From Gemmatimonas sp. (lineage in GTDB: Bacteria > Gemmatimonadota > Gemmatimonadetes > Gemmatimonadales > Gemmatimonadaceae): 64,000 nt of DNA. The notes below the pieces were generated by a model that was not told the DNA's origin, ran no database searches, and was given only the letters and a program-made list of their open reading frames with translations. Below, in pieces: positions 39,293 to 48,957 of the stretch; within the stretch, counting starts at the first letter, position 1; the number at the start of each line of letters is the position of its first letter. The DNA lies in contig OZ257156.1 in NCBI GenBank assembly GCA_965279375.1, forward strand, positions 800,001-864,000. The letters are read 5' to 3'. Made by a program: the position numbers and the translations under genes.

Positions 39293-39376
39293 TCCGGCGT
39301 CGCCTCTCAAGGACGCCCTTTACGAGACGATCTCTCAGTGGTAAGATAGATCATCTTCTTCATTGAGAGTCTCTGC

Positions 39377-40279
39377 ATGTCCATCCGTCCTGTTCGTCGT
39401 ATCGATCGCGCCCAGCCCACCATGGAAGGCGCGGGTGTTCACCTGCACCGCGCCTTCGGCTTCGGCAATACGAGCGAGACCGATCCGTTTCTGTTGTTCG
39501 ACGATTTCCGCAACGATGTCCCGTCGCAGTACAAGGCGGGCTTTCCGTGGCATCCGCATCGCGGCATCGAAACGATCACCTACGTGCTGGCCGGTGAAGT
39601 GGAGCACGCGGACAGCTTGGGCAATCGCGGCATGCTGGGCGCCGGCGACGTGCAGTGGATGACGGCGGGCAGCGGCATCGTCCACCATGAGATGCCGCAG
39701 GGCGACGCGCAGGGTCGCATGCACGGCTTTCAGCTGTGGGCCAATCTGCCGTCGTCACTCAAGATGACCGCGCCACGCTATCAGGACGTGAAGTCGAAGG
39801 ACATCGCCGAAATCATCGACGATGACGGCACGGTGGTGCGCGTGGTGTGCGGAGAGTTCTGGGGAAAGCGCGGACCGGTGGATGGCATCGCGGCCGACCC
39901 GATCTATCTCGACGTTTCCGTTCCCCCCGGCCGCAAGAAGTCCTTGCCGGTCGATGCATACCGCAGCGCGTTTGCCTACGTGTTTGCCGGCAGCGGGTCG
40001 TTCCGCCACGCCAGCGACCCGATGGGCGTGCTCACCGAACGCACCGCGGGCAACGACGATGATCTCGTGCGCGACCGCACCGGCAATCGCTCCCTCGTGA
40101 TGTTCGACAGCGGCGATGAAGTCACGGTGCAGGCCGGCGACGAAGGCATTCGCTTTCTGCTCGTGAGCGGCAAGCCGATCAAGGAGCCGGTGGCGTGGTA
40201 CGGCCCGATCGTGATGAACACGCAGGAAGAGCTGCGCACGGCGGTGAGTGAGCTGAACGCCGGGACGTTCATCAAGTAG
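39377..40279 (+). CDS. Pirin family protein
   Basis: DPFLLFD, GFPWHPHRGIETITY, QWMTAGSGIVHHEMP, GFQLWANLP, YGPIVMN. Confidence 0.95.
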   Translation: MSIRPVRRIDRAQPTMEGAGVHLHRAFGFGNTSETDPFLLFDDFRNDVPSQYKAGFPWHPHRGIETITYVLAGEVEHADSLGNRGMLGAGDVQWMTAGSGIVHHEMPQGDAQGRMHGFQLWANLPSSLKMTAPRYQDVKSKDIAEIIDDDGTVVRVVCGEFWGKRGPVDGIAADPIYLDVSVPPGRKKSLPVDAYRSAFAYVFAGSGSFRHASDPMGVLTERTAGNDDDLVRDRTGNRSLVMFDSGDEVTVQAGDEGIRFLLVSGKPIKEPVAWYGPIVMNTQEELRTAVSELNAGTFIK

Positions 40280-40296
40280 TCGCCACGCACTCGCTG

Positions 40297-40863
40297 CTAC
40301 CGAAACGCGTCCTCGAAGAACGACGGCAAGTCGACCACGAACGGTTCAGCCACACCCGGCGGGTGCCAGCGCAGTGTCTCGCTGAGCACCTCGCCGGGAT
40401 CGACGGCGCCACTCCACCGCGACACGTTGCGCGCCTCAGGGTTGATCACCCAGTACTCGCCCACCCCCTCTCGCAGATACAGATCGCGCTTGATCTGGTA
40501 GTCGAGCAGCGGGTTGGACGGCGATACGACCTCCACCGCGAGTATCAGGTCGCTCAGGTGATACGGATACGGCACCCGCTTGCCATCCACGCGCCGCACC
40601 ACATACACATCCGGCTGCACGCGATTGCGCCGGCGTTCACCACGCCACACGTCGCTGGGCGAGATCATCACCTTGCCGACGTCGCTGCCGGCGAAGTACG
40701 CGCGCAGGCGAGCGCTCAGCTCGAGTGCGATGTCCTGATGCCCCTCGTTCGGCGACGGGGTCACGTACAGCACACCATCGATGAGCTCGTAGCGCTGCCC
40801 GTCATCCGGCAGCGCATCCAGCATCTCGATGGTCCAGTCGGTGACCAAATTGGGCATGGCCAT
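40297..40863 (-). CDS. Uma2 family (DUF820) endonuclease
   Basis: RYELIDG...P...HQ, VQPDV, LAVEVVSPS, K..LY...GV.EYWVINP. Confidence 0.9.
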   Translation of the reverse strand: MAMPNLVTDWTIEMLDALPDDGQRYELIDGVLYVTPSPNEGHQDIALELSARLRAYFAGSDVGKVMISPSDVWRGERRRNRVQPDVYVVRRVDGKRVPYPYHLSDLILAVEVVSPSNPLLDYQIKRDLYLREGVGEYWVINPEARNVSRWSGAVDPGEVLSETLRWHPPGVAEPFVVDLPSFFEDAFR

Positions 40864-41104
40864 AAGCTGAAGCACTCGGCGCGGGGTTGGCAAGCCAGCA
40901 TCGCCCATGATCGCGAGCAGCCGTCGCATCTGCGTCACCATTCAATCGCACGTCGCATCAATCGATCGCGGACGTCGCGCCTATCGGCCGCGGACACTCG
41001 GCAACAGTTTCGCAGAGTGACGCTGTCGCGATCCGACGTCTCCGCGGCTCCTGCGGACTTCTGATCGCCGCCCCCTCCACCCTCATCATCGAGCTCCCTC
41101 ATCC

Positions 41105-42598
41105 ATGACGACTCCACATCGTCTGCCCCGCCTCGATCGCACGATGATCAGCACCCGCCTGTTGTGTGCCGTACTCGCAATCGCATCGGCTACAGTCGCG
41201 CCACAGGTGCACGCGCAAAACGTGGCCACATCAGCCGCGTCACTCGCCAACAACCCCGATGTCCTCGGTGCCGAACGCCTCTTCTCAGCCTGGCTGGAAG
41301 GACAACTCGCCTATCGCGGGATTCCCGGCGTGTCGGTGGGCGTGGTGTACGATCAACAACTCGTGTGGTCGCAGGGGTTTGGCTTCGCAGACATCAAGAA
41401 TCGCGTGCCGATGACGCCGCAGGTGAAGTTCCGCATTGCCTCGCACAGCAAGATGTTCGCCGCCATCGCGATCATGCAGCTGCGCGAAGAAGGCAAGCTC
41501 CGCCTCGACGATCCGGTGGAGAAGCACCTGCCGTGGTTCAAGGCCAAACCGGCCAATGATGACGATGGCGTGATCACCATCGAGCAGCTGTTGTCGCACA
41601 CGTCCGGGCTGCAGCGTGAAGCAGGGGACCATTGGACGTCGTTCAATTTCCCGACGGAAGACGAACTCAAGCGACTCTACAGCGATCGGCAGGCGGCCTT
41701 CGCGCCCAATGTACGCTGGAAGTATTCCAACCTCGCATTCGCGGTGGCCGGGTTGCTGGTGGAACAGATCAGCGGACAGAAGTGGGCCGCCTATGTGCAG
41801 CAGCACATGCTCACGCCGCTCGCGATGAACGCAACAAGTGTGGACCAGAACGTCGCGGGACTTACGGTGCCCTACATGCGCCGGCTTCCGGATGGTTCGC
41901 GCGATGTGCTGCCGTTTGTCGACGCGCGCGGCATGGCGGCGGCCACCGGCATGACATCGAACGTCGACGACCTCGCGAAGTTCGTATCGGCGCAGTTCCG
42001 CCGAGGACCGCGTAGCGGCGCGCAGATTCTCAGCACCGGCTCGTGGCGCGAGATGCATCGCGTGCGTGCCGTGGACGAAACGTGGCAGAGCGGCAGCGGA
42101 CTCGGCTTCGATTTCAATCGCATCGACAATCGCACGTGGGTGGGCCATGGTGGCGGATATCCGGGCAACACCACGCAGACGCTCTTCCAAATGACCGACA
42201 AGATCGGCGTCATTGTGCTCACCAACACCAACGACTCCAATCCGTTTCAGATCGCTGAGCAGTTGATCGCGACAGTGGGCGCGGCGGTGGCGAGAGCAAC
42301 GGCGCCGCGTGGGCAGACCGTTGCGTGGGATGCGTCGTGGGCGCGCTTTGCCGGATGGTATCGCAGTGCGATGGGCGACCAGCGCGTGGTGCTGATGAAC
42401 GACAAGCTGGTCATCATCTCCCCCACTGCCACCACGGTTGGCACGCCGACCACGTTGGAGCCACTTGGTGGCGGGCGCTTCCGCCTGATGGCGCCGGGCG
42501 GCGGCGGTGCCATCGGTGAGGTTGTGCGCTTCGTCGAAGCGAACGGCGTGGTGAGTCGCATGTATGTCGGCGATGGATACGCCACGCGCCTGCCGTGA
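41105..42598 (+). CDS. Secreted serine hydrolase, beta-lactamase/D-aminopeptidase family
   Basis: FRIASHSK (SxxK), YSN, LLSHTSGL, HGG; signal peptide (start may be 41144). Confidence 0.9.
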   Translation: MTTPHRLPRLDRTMISTRLLCAVLAIASATVAPQVHAQNVATSAASLANNPDVLGAERLFSAWLEGQLAYRGIPGVSVGVVYDQQLVWSQGFGFADIKNRVPMTPQVKFRIASHSKMFAAIAIMQLREEGKLRLDDPVEKHLPWFKAKPANDDDGVITIEQLLSHTSGLQREAGDHWTSFNFPTEDELKRLYSDRQAAFAPNVRWKYSNLAFAVAGLLVEQISGQKWAAYVQQHMLTPLAMNATSVDQNVAGLTVPYMRRLPDGSRDVLPFVDARGMAAATGMTSNVDDLAKFVSAQFRRGPRSGAQILSTGSWREMHRVRAVDETWQSGSGLGFDFNRIDNRTWVGHGGGYPGNTTQTLFQMTDKIGVIVLTNTNDSNPFQIAEQLIATVGAAVARATAPRGQTVAWDASWARFAGWYRSAMGDQRVVLMNDKLVIISPTATTVGTPTTLEPLGGGRFRLMAPGGGGAIGEVVRFVEANGVVSRMYVGDGYATRLP

Positions 42599-42618
42599 TG
42601 CACGCTTAGCTTTCGCGC

Positions 42619-43713
42619 ATGCTTCGTCTCACCGACCGCGGCCTCTACTGCGAGGCCGCGGATTGCTACATCGATCCGTGGTTGCCCGTGCCGCGTGCGC
42701 TCATCACGCACGCGCACGGGGATCATCTGCGCTGGGGATGCGAGCACTATCTCCTCGCCGCACCTGGAGCAGGCGTCGCGCGCGAACGGCTTGGGCAGTA
42801 TGCCAGTCGTATGGAGACCGTCGCGTATGGCGAGACGCGCGTCATCAATGGTGTGCGCGTGTCTTTTCACCCCGCCGGCCACATCCTGGGCTCTGCACAG
42901 ATTCGCCTCGAGCACCAGGGCGAGGTGTGGGTCGTCTCGGGCGACTACAAGACCGACCCGGATCCCACCTGTGCGCCGTGGGAGCCGGTGCGCTGCCACA
43001 CCTTCATCACCGAAAGCACCTTCGGTCTGCCGGTGTATCGATGGCCGTCGCAGCGGGTCGTCTTTGACGACATCAATGCGTGGTGGCGCGACAACGCCGA
43101 GTCTGGGCGTGTGTCGCTGTTGTACGGATACGCACTGGGCAAAGCGCAGCGCATGCTGGCGGGGCTCGACGAGAGCATCGGCCCGATTCTTACGCACGGC
43201 GCGGTCGAGAAGATGACGCAATGCTATCGCGACGCGGGAATCGCGATGCCGCCGACCACGTACGCGACGCTCGCACAGAAATCAGAGCAGAAGTCGGACG
43301 GCTGGTCGCGCGCGATCGTGGTCGCACCGCCTTCCACCGATGGCTCGACGTGGGCGCGACGGTTCGGTGCGTACTCTGCCGCGTTCGCCAGTGGATGGAT
43401 GCTGGTGCGAGGTGCGCGGCGTCGGCGCAGCGTGGACCGCGGCTTCGTGTTGTCCGATCACGTGGACTGGCCGCAGCTTCTCTCGGCGATCGATGCCACC
43501 GGCGCCGAGCGGGTTTGGGTAACCCACGGTTTCACTGGTCCCGTGGTACGATGGCTGCGCGAGCGCGGGCTCGACGCGCAGGCCATCGCGACACGGTTTG
43601 AAGGCGAGCGAGACGACGCCGATCCGCCAGTCGATGCCGGAGCACCGACGGCGATCGATGGGACTACCGAGACGACGGTCGAAGCGTCGGACGGTACTGC
43701 AACGGAACGTTAA
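42619..43713 (+). CDS. Ligase-associated DNA damage response exonuclease (metallo-beta-lactamase fold)
   Basis: LITHAHGDH, HPAGHILGSAQ, SGDYK, ITESTFGLP, GKAQR, LSDHVDW, VTHG. Confidence 0.92.
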   Translation: MLRLTDRGLYCEAADCYIDPWLPVPRALITHAHGDHLRWGCEHYLLAAPGAGVARERLGQYASRMETVAYGETRVINGVRVSFHPAGHILGSAQIRLEHQGEVWVVSGDYKTDPDPTCAPWEPVRCHTFITESTFGLPVYRWPSQRVVFDDINAWWRDNAESGRVSLLYGYALGKAQRMLAGLDESIGPILTHGAVEKMTQCYRDAGIAMPPTTYATLAQKSEQKSDGWSRAIVVAPPSTDGSTWARRFGAYSAAFASGWMLVRGARRRRSVDRGFVLSDHVDWPQLLSAIDATGAERVWVTHGFTGPVVRWLRERGLDAQAIATRFEGERDDADPPVDAGAPTAIDGTTETTVEASDGTATER

Positions 43714-43720
43714 CGCCGAG

Positions 43721-43807
43721 TTACGGTTGCAGGAGCGGTAGCACGATCGCCAGCGCGAGCGCAATCCCGAAGAGCGGGACGATCAGTCGTGCACGTGAGT
43801 CAGCCAT
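43721..43807 (-). CDS. Putative 28-aa single-pass membrane microprotein (absent from ORF track)
   Basis: MADSRARLIVPLFGIALALAIVLPLLQP*; ATG overlaps PEP-CTERM stop (ATGGCTGA). Confidence 0.4.
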   Translation of the reverse strand: MADSRARLIVPLFGIALALAIVLPLLQP

Positions 43808-44573
43808 GCCGGAGTGCCGTGCGGCGGCGCTTGGCGATCAGCACACCGGCGAGTCCGGCAGCCATCAGCGCATACGTGGACGGCTCGGGAACCGTGGTGG
43901 TGGGCGGCGCGGCGGTAATGCTGACGTCGTAGTTGTCGAGCAGCGTCAGGATGTCGACCGATGTGCAGGTCCGCCCAACCGCGGCGTTGCACACACCGCC
44001 GGCGAAGAAGCGGTAGCCAAAGTCGATGACGCCGCCGGTGGCCGAGAAATCGGGCGCGCTCGTACCGGTCGGATCGCTCCAGTTATCTGTTGGCAGGAAG
44101 CTGAAGCTGACGCGCGACCAACCGGCGTTGACGACCGGCGCTGCGAGGTCAGATCCGGTGACGCCATACGTCACGCCGTTCTGGCGAATTGCCGGGCGAT
44201 AGAATCCGCCGGCACCGTTGGCAAATCCGGCAAAGGTCTTGAGATCGAAGCCGAAGGTCAGCGCCGTGATCGCGCCGTTCGTGGCCGGGTTGTAGGTGAA
44301 GGTGGTGTTGATGTTGGTGGCGGTGAATGCTGCTTGCCCACCACCGCCGGCCAGCGTCGGCACATGCACGTTTGCGCGGAGCATGCTGCCCGGATTGCCG
44401 CCACCTGCGTTCACCGTGAAGAGGCTGTTCATCCCCGGACTCTGGCCCTGGATGGAGAGTGACCAGTCGGTGAGGACGAAATCGCCCTGCGAGTAGCTGA
44501 CGTTCTGGGCGCCGGCGGTGGAAGCAAGGGCGGTGATGGCAACGGCGCATGCGGCGCGGATGGTACGGGACAC
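43800..44573 (-). CDS. PEP-CTERM sorting domain protein
   Basis: GTG start after GGAGG; signal peptide; C-terminal VPEPSTYALMAAGLAGVLIAKRRR. Confidence 0.92.
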   Translation of the reverse strand: MSRTIRAACAVAITALASTAGAQNVSYSQGDFVLTDWSLSIQGQSPGMNSLFTVNAGGGNPGSMLRANVHVPTLAGGGGQAAFTATNINTTFTYNPATNGAITALTFGFDLKTFAGFANGAGGFYRPAIRQNGVTYGVTGSDLAAPVVNAGWSRVSFSFLPTDNWSDPTGTSAPDFSATGGVIDFGYRFFAGGVCNAAVGRTCTSVDILTLLDNYDVSITAAPPTTTVPEPSTYALMAAGLAGVLIAKRRRTALRHG

Positions 44574-44636
44574 GCAGACCTCCGGGTACGGCGGCTGAGA
44601 GGGCGAACAAGAGTGAGGGCGAACGGCTCATGCTTC

Positions 44637-44665
44637 AACCGCACGGGCCGGGCTCCGTTTCTCAC
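44637..44665 (-). promoter_or_regulatory. Candidate ECF-sigma promoter for the PEP-CTERM gene
   Basis: Minus strand GTGAGAAAC-N15-CGGTT, resembling the ECF AAC / CGT-like bipartite pattern. Confidence 0.35.
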
Positions 44666-44769
44666 GGGCGCCACAGTTCGTCCGTGCTGTGGCACCCGAG
44701 CAACAGCTCTCGCGCTTGAGCTCGCCGCGAGGCACACTCCCTCGAGCCGAACCTCCCATTTCCGTCTCG

Positions 44770-45351
44770 ATGTCGTCAGCCGATCCGTCCACCCAAGCGA
44801 AGGCAACAGCGGACCACGTAGTCGACCTCCGGTCGGCGGCGCTGGAGCGCGTGCTGCTCAAGTACGGCTCGGCGGTGCGGCGATCGGCGCGGGCGCGAGG
44901 GCTGCATGAGGCGGATGTGGATGAGGTGCTGCAGGACGTGCGGGTGCGATTGTGGAAGTCGGACAGCGACGCTGAGAAACTGGACGGGCTCAATACGTCC
45001 TACATACAACGGGTGGCGATGTCGGCGGCGATCGACCTGCTGCGCCGTCGCCGTGCACGACGAGAAGAGTCCATCGACGATGCGCACGCACAGCCGGAGA
45101 CACCGGCGGTGTTGCGGGTGCCGTCGCCGGATCGATCAGACGATGAGGCGTTGGCGCATCGGCTGGAGTTGGCGCTGGCGCAGCTTCCGCGCAATCGACG
45201 ACTGTGTGTGCAGTTGCACCTGGAGGGTTACTCGCGCGACGAGATCGCCTCGATGACGGGGTGGACTGAACCGAAGGTGCGCAATCTGATGTATCGCGGC
45301 CTCGACGAGCTTCGCGCGTTGTTGCGCGATGCGGCAACGCAGGCACCATGA
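44770..45351 (+). CDS. ECF RNA polymerase sigma-70 factor
   Basis: Region 2 DVDEVLQDVRVRLW...AAIDLLRRR; region 4 LAQLP...LEGYSRDEIA..GW.EPKVRNLMYRGL; start may be upstream (44689). Confidence 0.9.
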   Translation: MSSADPSTQAKATADHVVDLRSAALERVLLKYGSAVRRSARARGLHEADVDEVLQDVRVRLWKSDSDAEKLDGLNTSYIQRVAMSAAIDLLRRRRARREESIDDAHAQPETPAVLRVPSPDRSDDEALAHRLELALAQLPRNRRLCVQLHLEGYSRDEIASMTGWTEPKVRNLMYRGLDELRALLRDAATQAP

Positions 45352-45372
45352 TTCTTGCATGACGCTTCCACG

Positions 45373-46065
45373 ATGACGGACGACGAACTCACACGCGCAT
45401 ACGACGCACTGCGTCGTCAACGGCAGGCCCGCCCCGCCGTGGCGCCGCCGTCGCTCGACGCGTTGCAGTCACTCGCGGAGAATCAGACAGCAGCGTCCGA
45501 GCGTGAAGCGCTGTTGGAGCGCGTGCTCGAAAGCGGCGCATCCGATGAACTGGCGCTGCTGCACAGCATTGCGTCGGGTACAACGGCCACGGCGACGGCG
45601 GTCAGCGACGCGCGCACTTCCAACGCGCGCCACGGCAGCGGGACACCCTCGTGGACGCGCTGGTGGCCGGCAGCGGCGGCAGCGGCCGTCGTGCTGGCGG
45701 TCGGACTTCCGATGGTGCGACGAGGCGGCAACGCGCCGGTTCCGGCAACAGCGGAGCAGCCTCGCTTTCGCGGTGCAGAGTCCACTGGCGCGCCCACGCT
45801 CCTCGCACCGGCCAACGAGGCCGTGTTGCCGGCAGACCAGCGCTTTGTCTGGTCATCAGTGACGGATGCCACGCAGTACGAGATCGAACTGGTGGACGCC
45901 GATGGCCAACTCGTGCTGGCCTTCACGGCGACGGATACCACCGCGCCACTGCCCGTTGGCAGCTCTGACGCACAGCGTGCCCGCGCGCGCGGATGGACAG
46001 TGTCCGCACGCCTTCGTGACGGCGGCGTGCAGCGCAGTGCGCTCCGACTACTCCGCGCCCCCTAA
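45373..46065 (+). CDS. Putative single-pass anti-sigma factor
   Basis: Immediately follows the ECF gene; helical N-domain, TM WWPAAAAAAVVLAVGLPMV, then PRFRG and an Ig/Fn3-like extracytoplasmic domain. Confidence 0.7.
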   Translation: MTDDELTRAYDALRRQRQARPAVAPPSLDALQSLAENQTAASEREALLERVLESGASDELALLHSIASGTTATATAVSDARTSNARHGSGTPSWTRWWPAAAAAAVVLAVGLPMVRRGGNAPVPATAEQPRFRGAESTGAPTLLAPANEAVLPADQRFVWSSVTDATQYEIELVDADGQLVLAFTATDTTAPLPVGSSDAQRARARGWTVSARLRDGGVQRSALRLLRAP

Positions 46066-48957
46066 CCAACGACCGATGGCCGTCGTCCAACGCGCCCAGA
46101 GACCGGGCGCGCGTGGTCGCAGAGTCACCCGCAACGTGGGATCGCCAAAGTACTCGAGGTTGGCCCATAGCGCGGGCGACAGGCCACGACGCTGCGCATC
46201 GCGTCGTACCGCGTGCAGCGCGGCAATCGCATCATCGCCATTGAGCAACCTGCGATAGAACGCGTCCATCAGTGGCACGACGGCCGCGTCGTCGAGTCGC
46301 CACCGCGTCGCCACCACCCCACGCGCGCCCGCATCGAGCGCGGTGCTCACCAACCCGTGCAGCGCCTGGCCGCTCACCAGGAGTCCGTTGCTGCTCGCGC
46401 ACGCCGACAGTACCACCAAATCGAACGCCAACGGCTGTGCCGCGAGCTCGGACCCGGAGAACAGTCCGGCCTGAGAGACTGACTGCGAGCCTGTCGACTG
46501 CACCACGATACCACTGCCGTCATACGACTCGGCGTCGGCCACAGCGTGCGTCGCCACATGCAAGAGCGCACCACCATCGCGCAGGCGTCGCGAGAATCCA
46601 TCGCGCGTGACGGCATCACCGTCCAGCAGCACACTGCCGTCGAGCATGCGCGCAACGGCGCGCGCTTCTGCATGGGCGCCCGGGAGCGCGACCCACGGTG
46701 TCGTCGCCCCGGGCATCATCGGCATGACATTCGGCGCGCCAACGATCACGGCGCGAGGCGCCTTGCCGTTGTTCGCACTGCCTGCAGCGCGACGCGATAC
46801 CAGCACCGCTCCGCCGAGCGCGTCTTCAACCGACGGCGCGATGGAGATCTCGGTGCGTGTGAGAAGAGAGGTGCCATCCGGCAGCGACAGCGCCGCGAAT
46901 GGCAGTCGATGCAGCGCGCCGTCAGGCACCACGACGAGACGCGTCACTGTGCTCGGCAGGCGCCGCAGCAACGGATCGAGCAACGCCTCAGACAACGCGC
47001 GCGATAGCGACGCCGACAACTGTCCCGCCTGCAGAAAGCCGTTGAAGCGATCGAGGCGTGCTACCAGGCTGTCGATTGGCGCGAGTTGAACACTGAGCAG
47101 CGTATCGCGCGTGAGCAGAAACGCCGTCGTGGGTTCTCCACCCTGTCCTACGATGTAGCTGATCACCCCAAGCGACGGCCCGAGTCGCGCGCGAGCGAGC
47201 GTTGGCAGACGCCTGATGTCGAGCGTGTCGGCACTGAGCGACCTGACGACGATGCCCGATTGATCGGCGCGCTCAATGGCGAACGCACCGCGCTGGAGCG
47301 CCTGCTGTTCCATGCTGCGCAGTCGCCGCCACTCGGCGATGGCCATCGCTTCGGCGGTGCGGTCCGATGTGGCGAAACGCGCGACCGTGGTGGCCAGTCC
47401 GAGATCGATGTCCCAGTCGAAGTGGCGATCCTGCAGTGCGGAGAGTTGGTCTTCCCGCAACGCTCGTGTGCCGCGCCACCCGTCGATGACGCGCTGCGCC
47501 TGCTGGAAGTCGCGCCATGCCGCATTCAGGTCTCCGGCTGCCGCGTCGGTCTCGGCGGCTCGTGTGAGCACTTCAAAGCGAGACGGTCCGTCGAACTGTC
47601 GAGCTGGTTCGAGCAGCTGCTGCCAACCTGCTCTCGCAGCAGCGTAGTCGCCGCGCGACATCGCGAGCAACGCCCGTGTGTACAGTTGCTCGTTGTCGGC
47701 CTCGTTCATGTTGCGTTGACGTGCGAGCGCGGCCGCGCTGTCGAGCAGATGCGCGCTCAACTCGAGCCGATGCTGCTGCCGCGCGATCTCGGCGCGTGCC
47801 AGCGTTGCGCTGACGCGCACAGCCAGCGAGACAGCGTCGCTGGTGGCCACCAGTGCAATGAAGGCCGAGTCCGCCCGCGCGAGGTCGCCACGACGCAGTG
47901 CGCTCTCCGCATACGTACGATCGGCGTAGGCCAGGCCAAGGCGATCGTTCGCCGCGAGAAACGACGTACGTGCTCGCAGGAGCAGCCTTGACGCTTCTCC
48001 CCAATTGCCGGTGCGGTATGCGATCTGTCCAAGGTTGAGCGTCGCCCAGGAGTCGGCACCGGGCGTTTCGAGCGTTGCCGCGATGCGCAACGACTCGTGC
48101 AGCACCTCTCGTGCCGCGCGGTAGTGTCCGCCCCACATGTAGATGCTCCCGCGCCACTGCAGCGTCGCGGCAAGACCCGAGCGCAGTCCCGTCGCACGTT
48201 GCACGGCCGCCAACGTATCGAGCACGGGATAGACGCTGTCTGCGATGCCCAGCGACTCGAGGTACTGCGCCTGCACGAAGAGGCACTCCGCGTATACGCG
48301 TGGGCCCTGCGCACTCGCTTCCGCGCGGGCGCGATGCCATGTGCTGTCGCGCAGCTTCTCGCGAGCGCGCGCGCGGAGCTGCAGCGCGGTACACGACTGC
48401 CGCGCTCGGAGCCACGCATCGCTCGCGGGTGTTGCACGCTCCGACGCGCGCAGCACCGCGCGCGCCGAGTCGAAGCCGATGCCGCGCAACGTCAGTGAGG
48501 CCTGTGCAAGCAGGACCTCCGCATATCCCGAGGAATCGCCGAGCTGCAGCAGTCGCCGCCCGATGGCCTGCACCGCGGCTTGCGCCTTGAGATAGCCCAG
48601 ACTCCCGCTCGTGACCGCGACGGCGCCGAACGCGGCGTGTGCCGCTGCACGACTGCTGCTGTCGTCTCGCGCAATGCGAGCGTACCACCGTTCCGCGTCG
48701 ACGAACTTGAAGTCGACCCGCGCCAGCGTGCCCTCCAACAGCGGACGCAGGCTTCGGTCGTTGCCAACGCGCGCGCGCCATCGCTTTCCGGCTTCGGCAA
48801 TGCCCGACGTGTCGGCGTCGCGCACAACCTGACGCACCAGCGTGCCCGGATCGCGCCAGCTCTGCGACGACGCGGCCGCGGTCGGGACCGTCTGGGCGTC
48901 TGCGGGCCGAACCAGCGCCGCTGCCGTTGCCAACGCGAGCGCGATGAGCCGCGCCAT
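46048..48957 (-). CDS. TPR-CHAT domain protein (caspase-like protease), probably exported
   Basis: MARLIALALATAAALVRPADA-Q signal peptide (alternative start 49038); helical repeats; LVVVPDGALHRLPFAAL, LHVATHA (His), VVLSAC (Cys), AGARGVVATRW, WA..EYFG. Confidence 0.9.
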   Translation of the reverse strand: MARLIALALATAAALVRPADAQTVPTAAASSQSWRDPGTLVRQVVRDADTSGIAEAGKRWRARVGNDRSLRPLLEGTLARVDFKFVDAERWYARIARDDSSSRAAAHAAFGAVAVTSGSLGYLKAQAAVQAIGRRLLQLGDSSGYAEVLLAQASLTLRGIGFDSARAVLRASERATPASDAWLRARQSCTALQLRARAREKLRDSTWHRARAEASAQGPRVYAECLFVQAQYLESLGIADSVYPVLDTLAAVQRATGLRSGLAATLQWRGSIYMWGGHYRAAREVLHESLRIAATLETPGADSWATLNLGQIAYRTGNWGEASRLLLRARTSFLAANDRLGLAYADRTYAESALRRGDLARADSAFIALVATSDAVSLAVRVSATLARAEIARQQHRLELSAHLLDSAAALARQRNMNEADNEQLYTRALLAMSRGDYAAARAGWQQLLEPARQFDGPSRFEVLTRAAETDAAAGDLNAAWRDFQQAQRVIDGWRGTRALREDQLSALQDRHFDWDIDLGLATTVARFATSDRTAEAMAIAEWRRLRSMEQQALQRGAFAIERADQSGIVVRSLSADTLDIRRLPTLARARLGPSLGVISYIVGQGGEPTTAFLLTRDTLLSVQLAPIDSLVARLDRFNGFLQAGQLSASLSRALSEALLDPLLRRLPSTVTRLVVVPDGALHRLPFAALSLPDGTSLLTRTEISIAPSVEDALGGAVLVSRRAAGSANNGKAPRAVIVGAPNVMPMMPGATTPWVALPGAHAEARAVARMLDGSVLLDGDAVTRDGFSRRLRDGGALLHVATHAVADAESYDGSGIVVQSTGSQSVSQAGLFSGSELAAQPLAFDLVVLSACASSNGLLVSGQALHGLVSTALDAGARGVVATRWRLDDAAVVPLMDAFYRRLLNGDDAIAALHAVRRDAQRRGLSPALWANLEYFGDPTLRVTLRPRAPGLWARWTTAIGRWLGGAE

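Noticed and set aside
40297..40863. Uma2 nuclease as part of a restriction or defence system
   Set aside because: Stand-alone, no methylase or defence partners adjacent; this family is commonly scattered in multiple copies
41105..42598. Antibiotic-resistance beta-lactamase
   Set aside because: SxxK/YxN/HGG pattern with a C-terminal extension fits the broad serine hydrolase/peptidase family; resistance cannot be inferred
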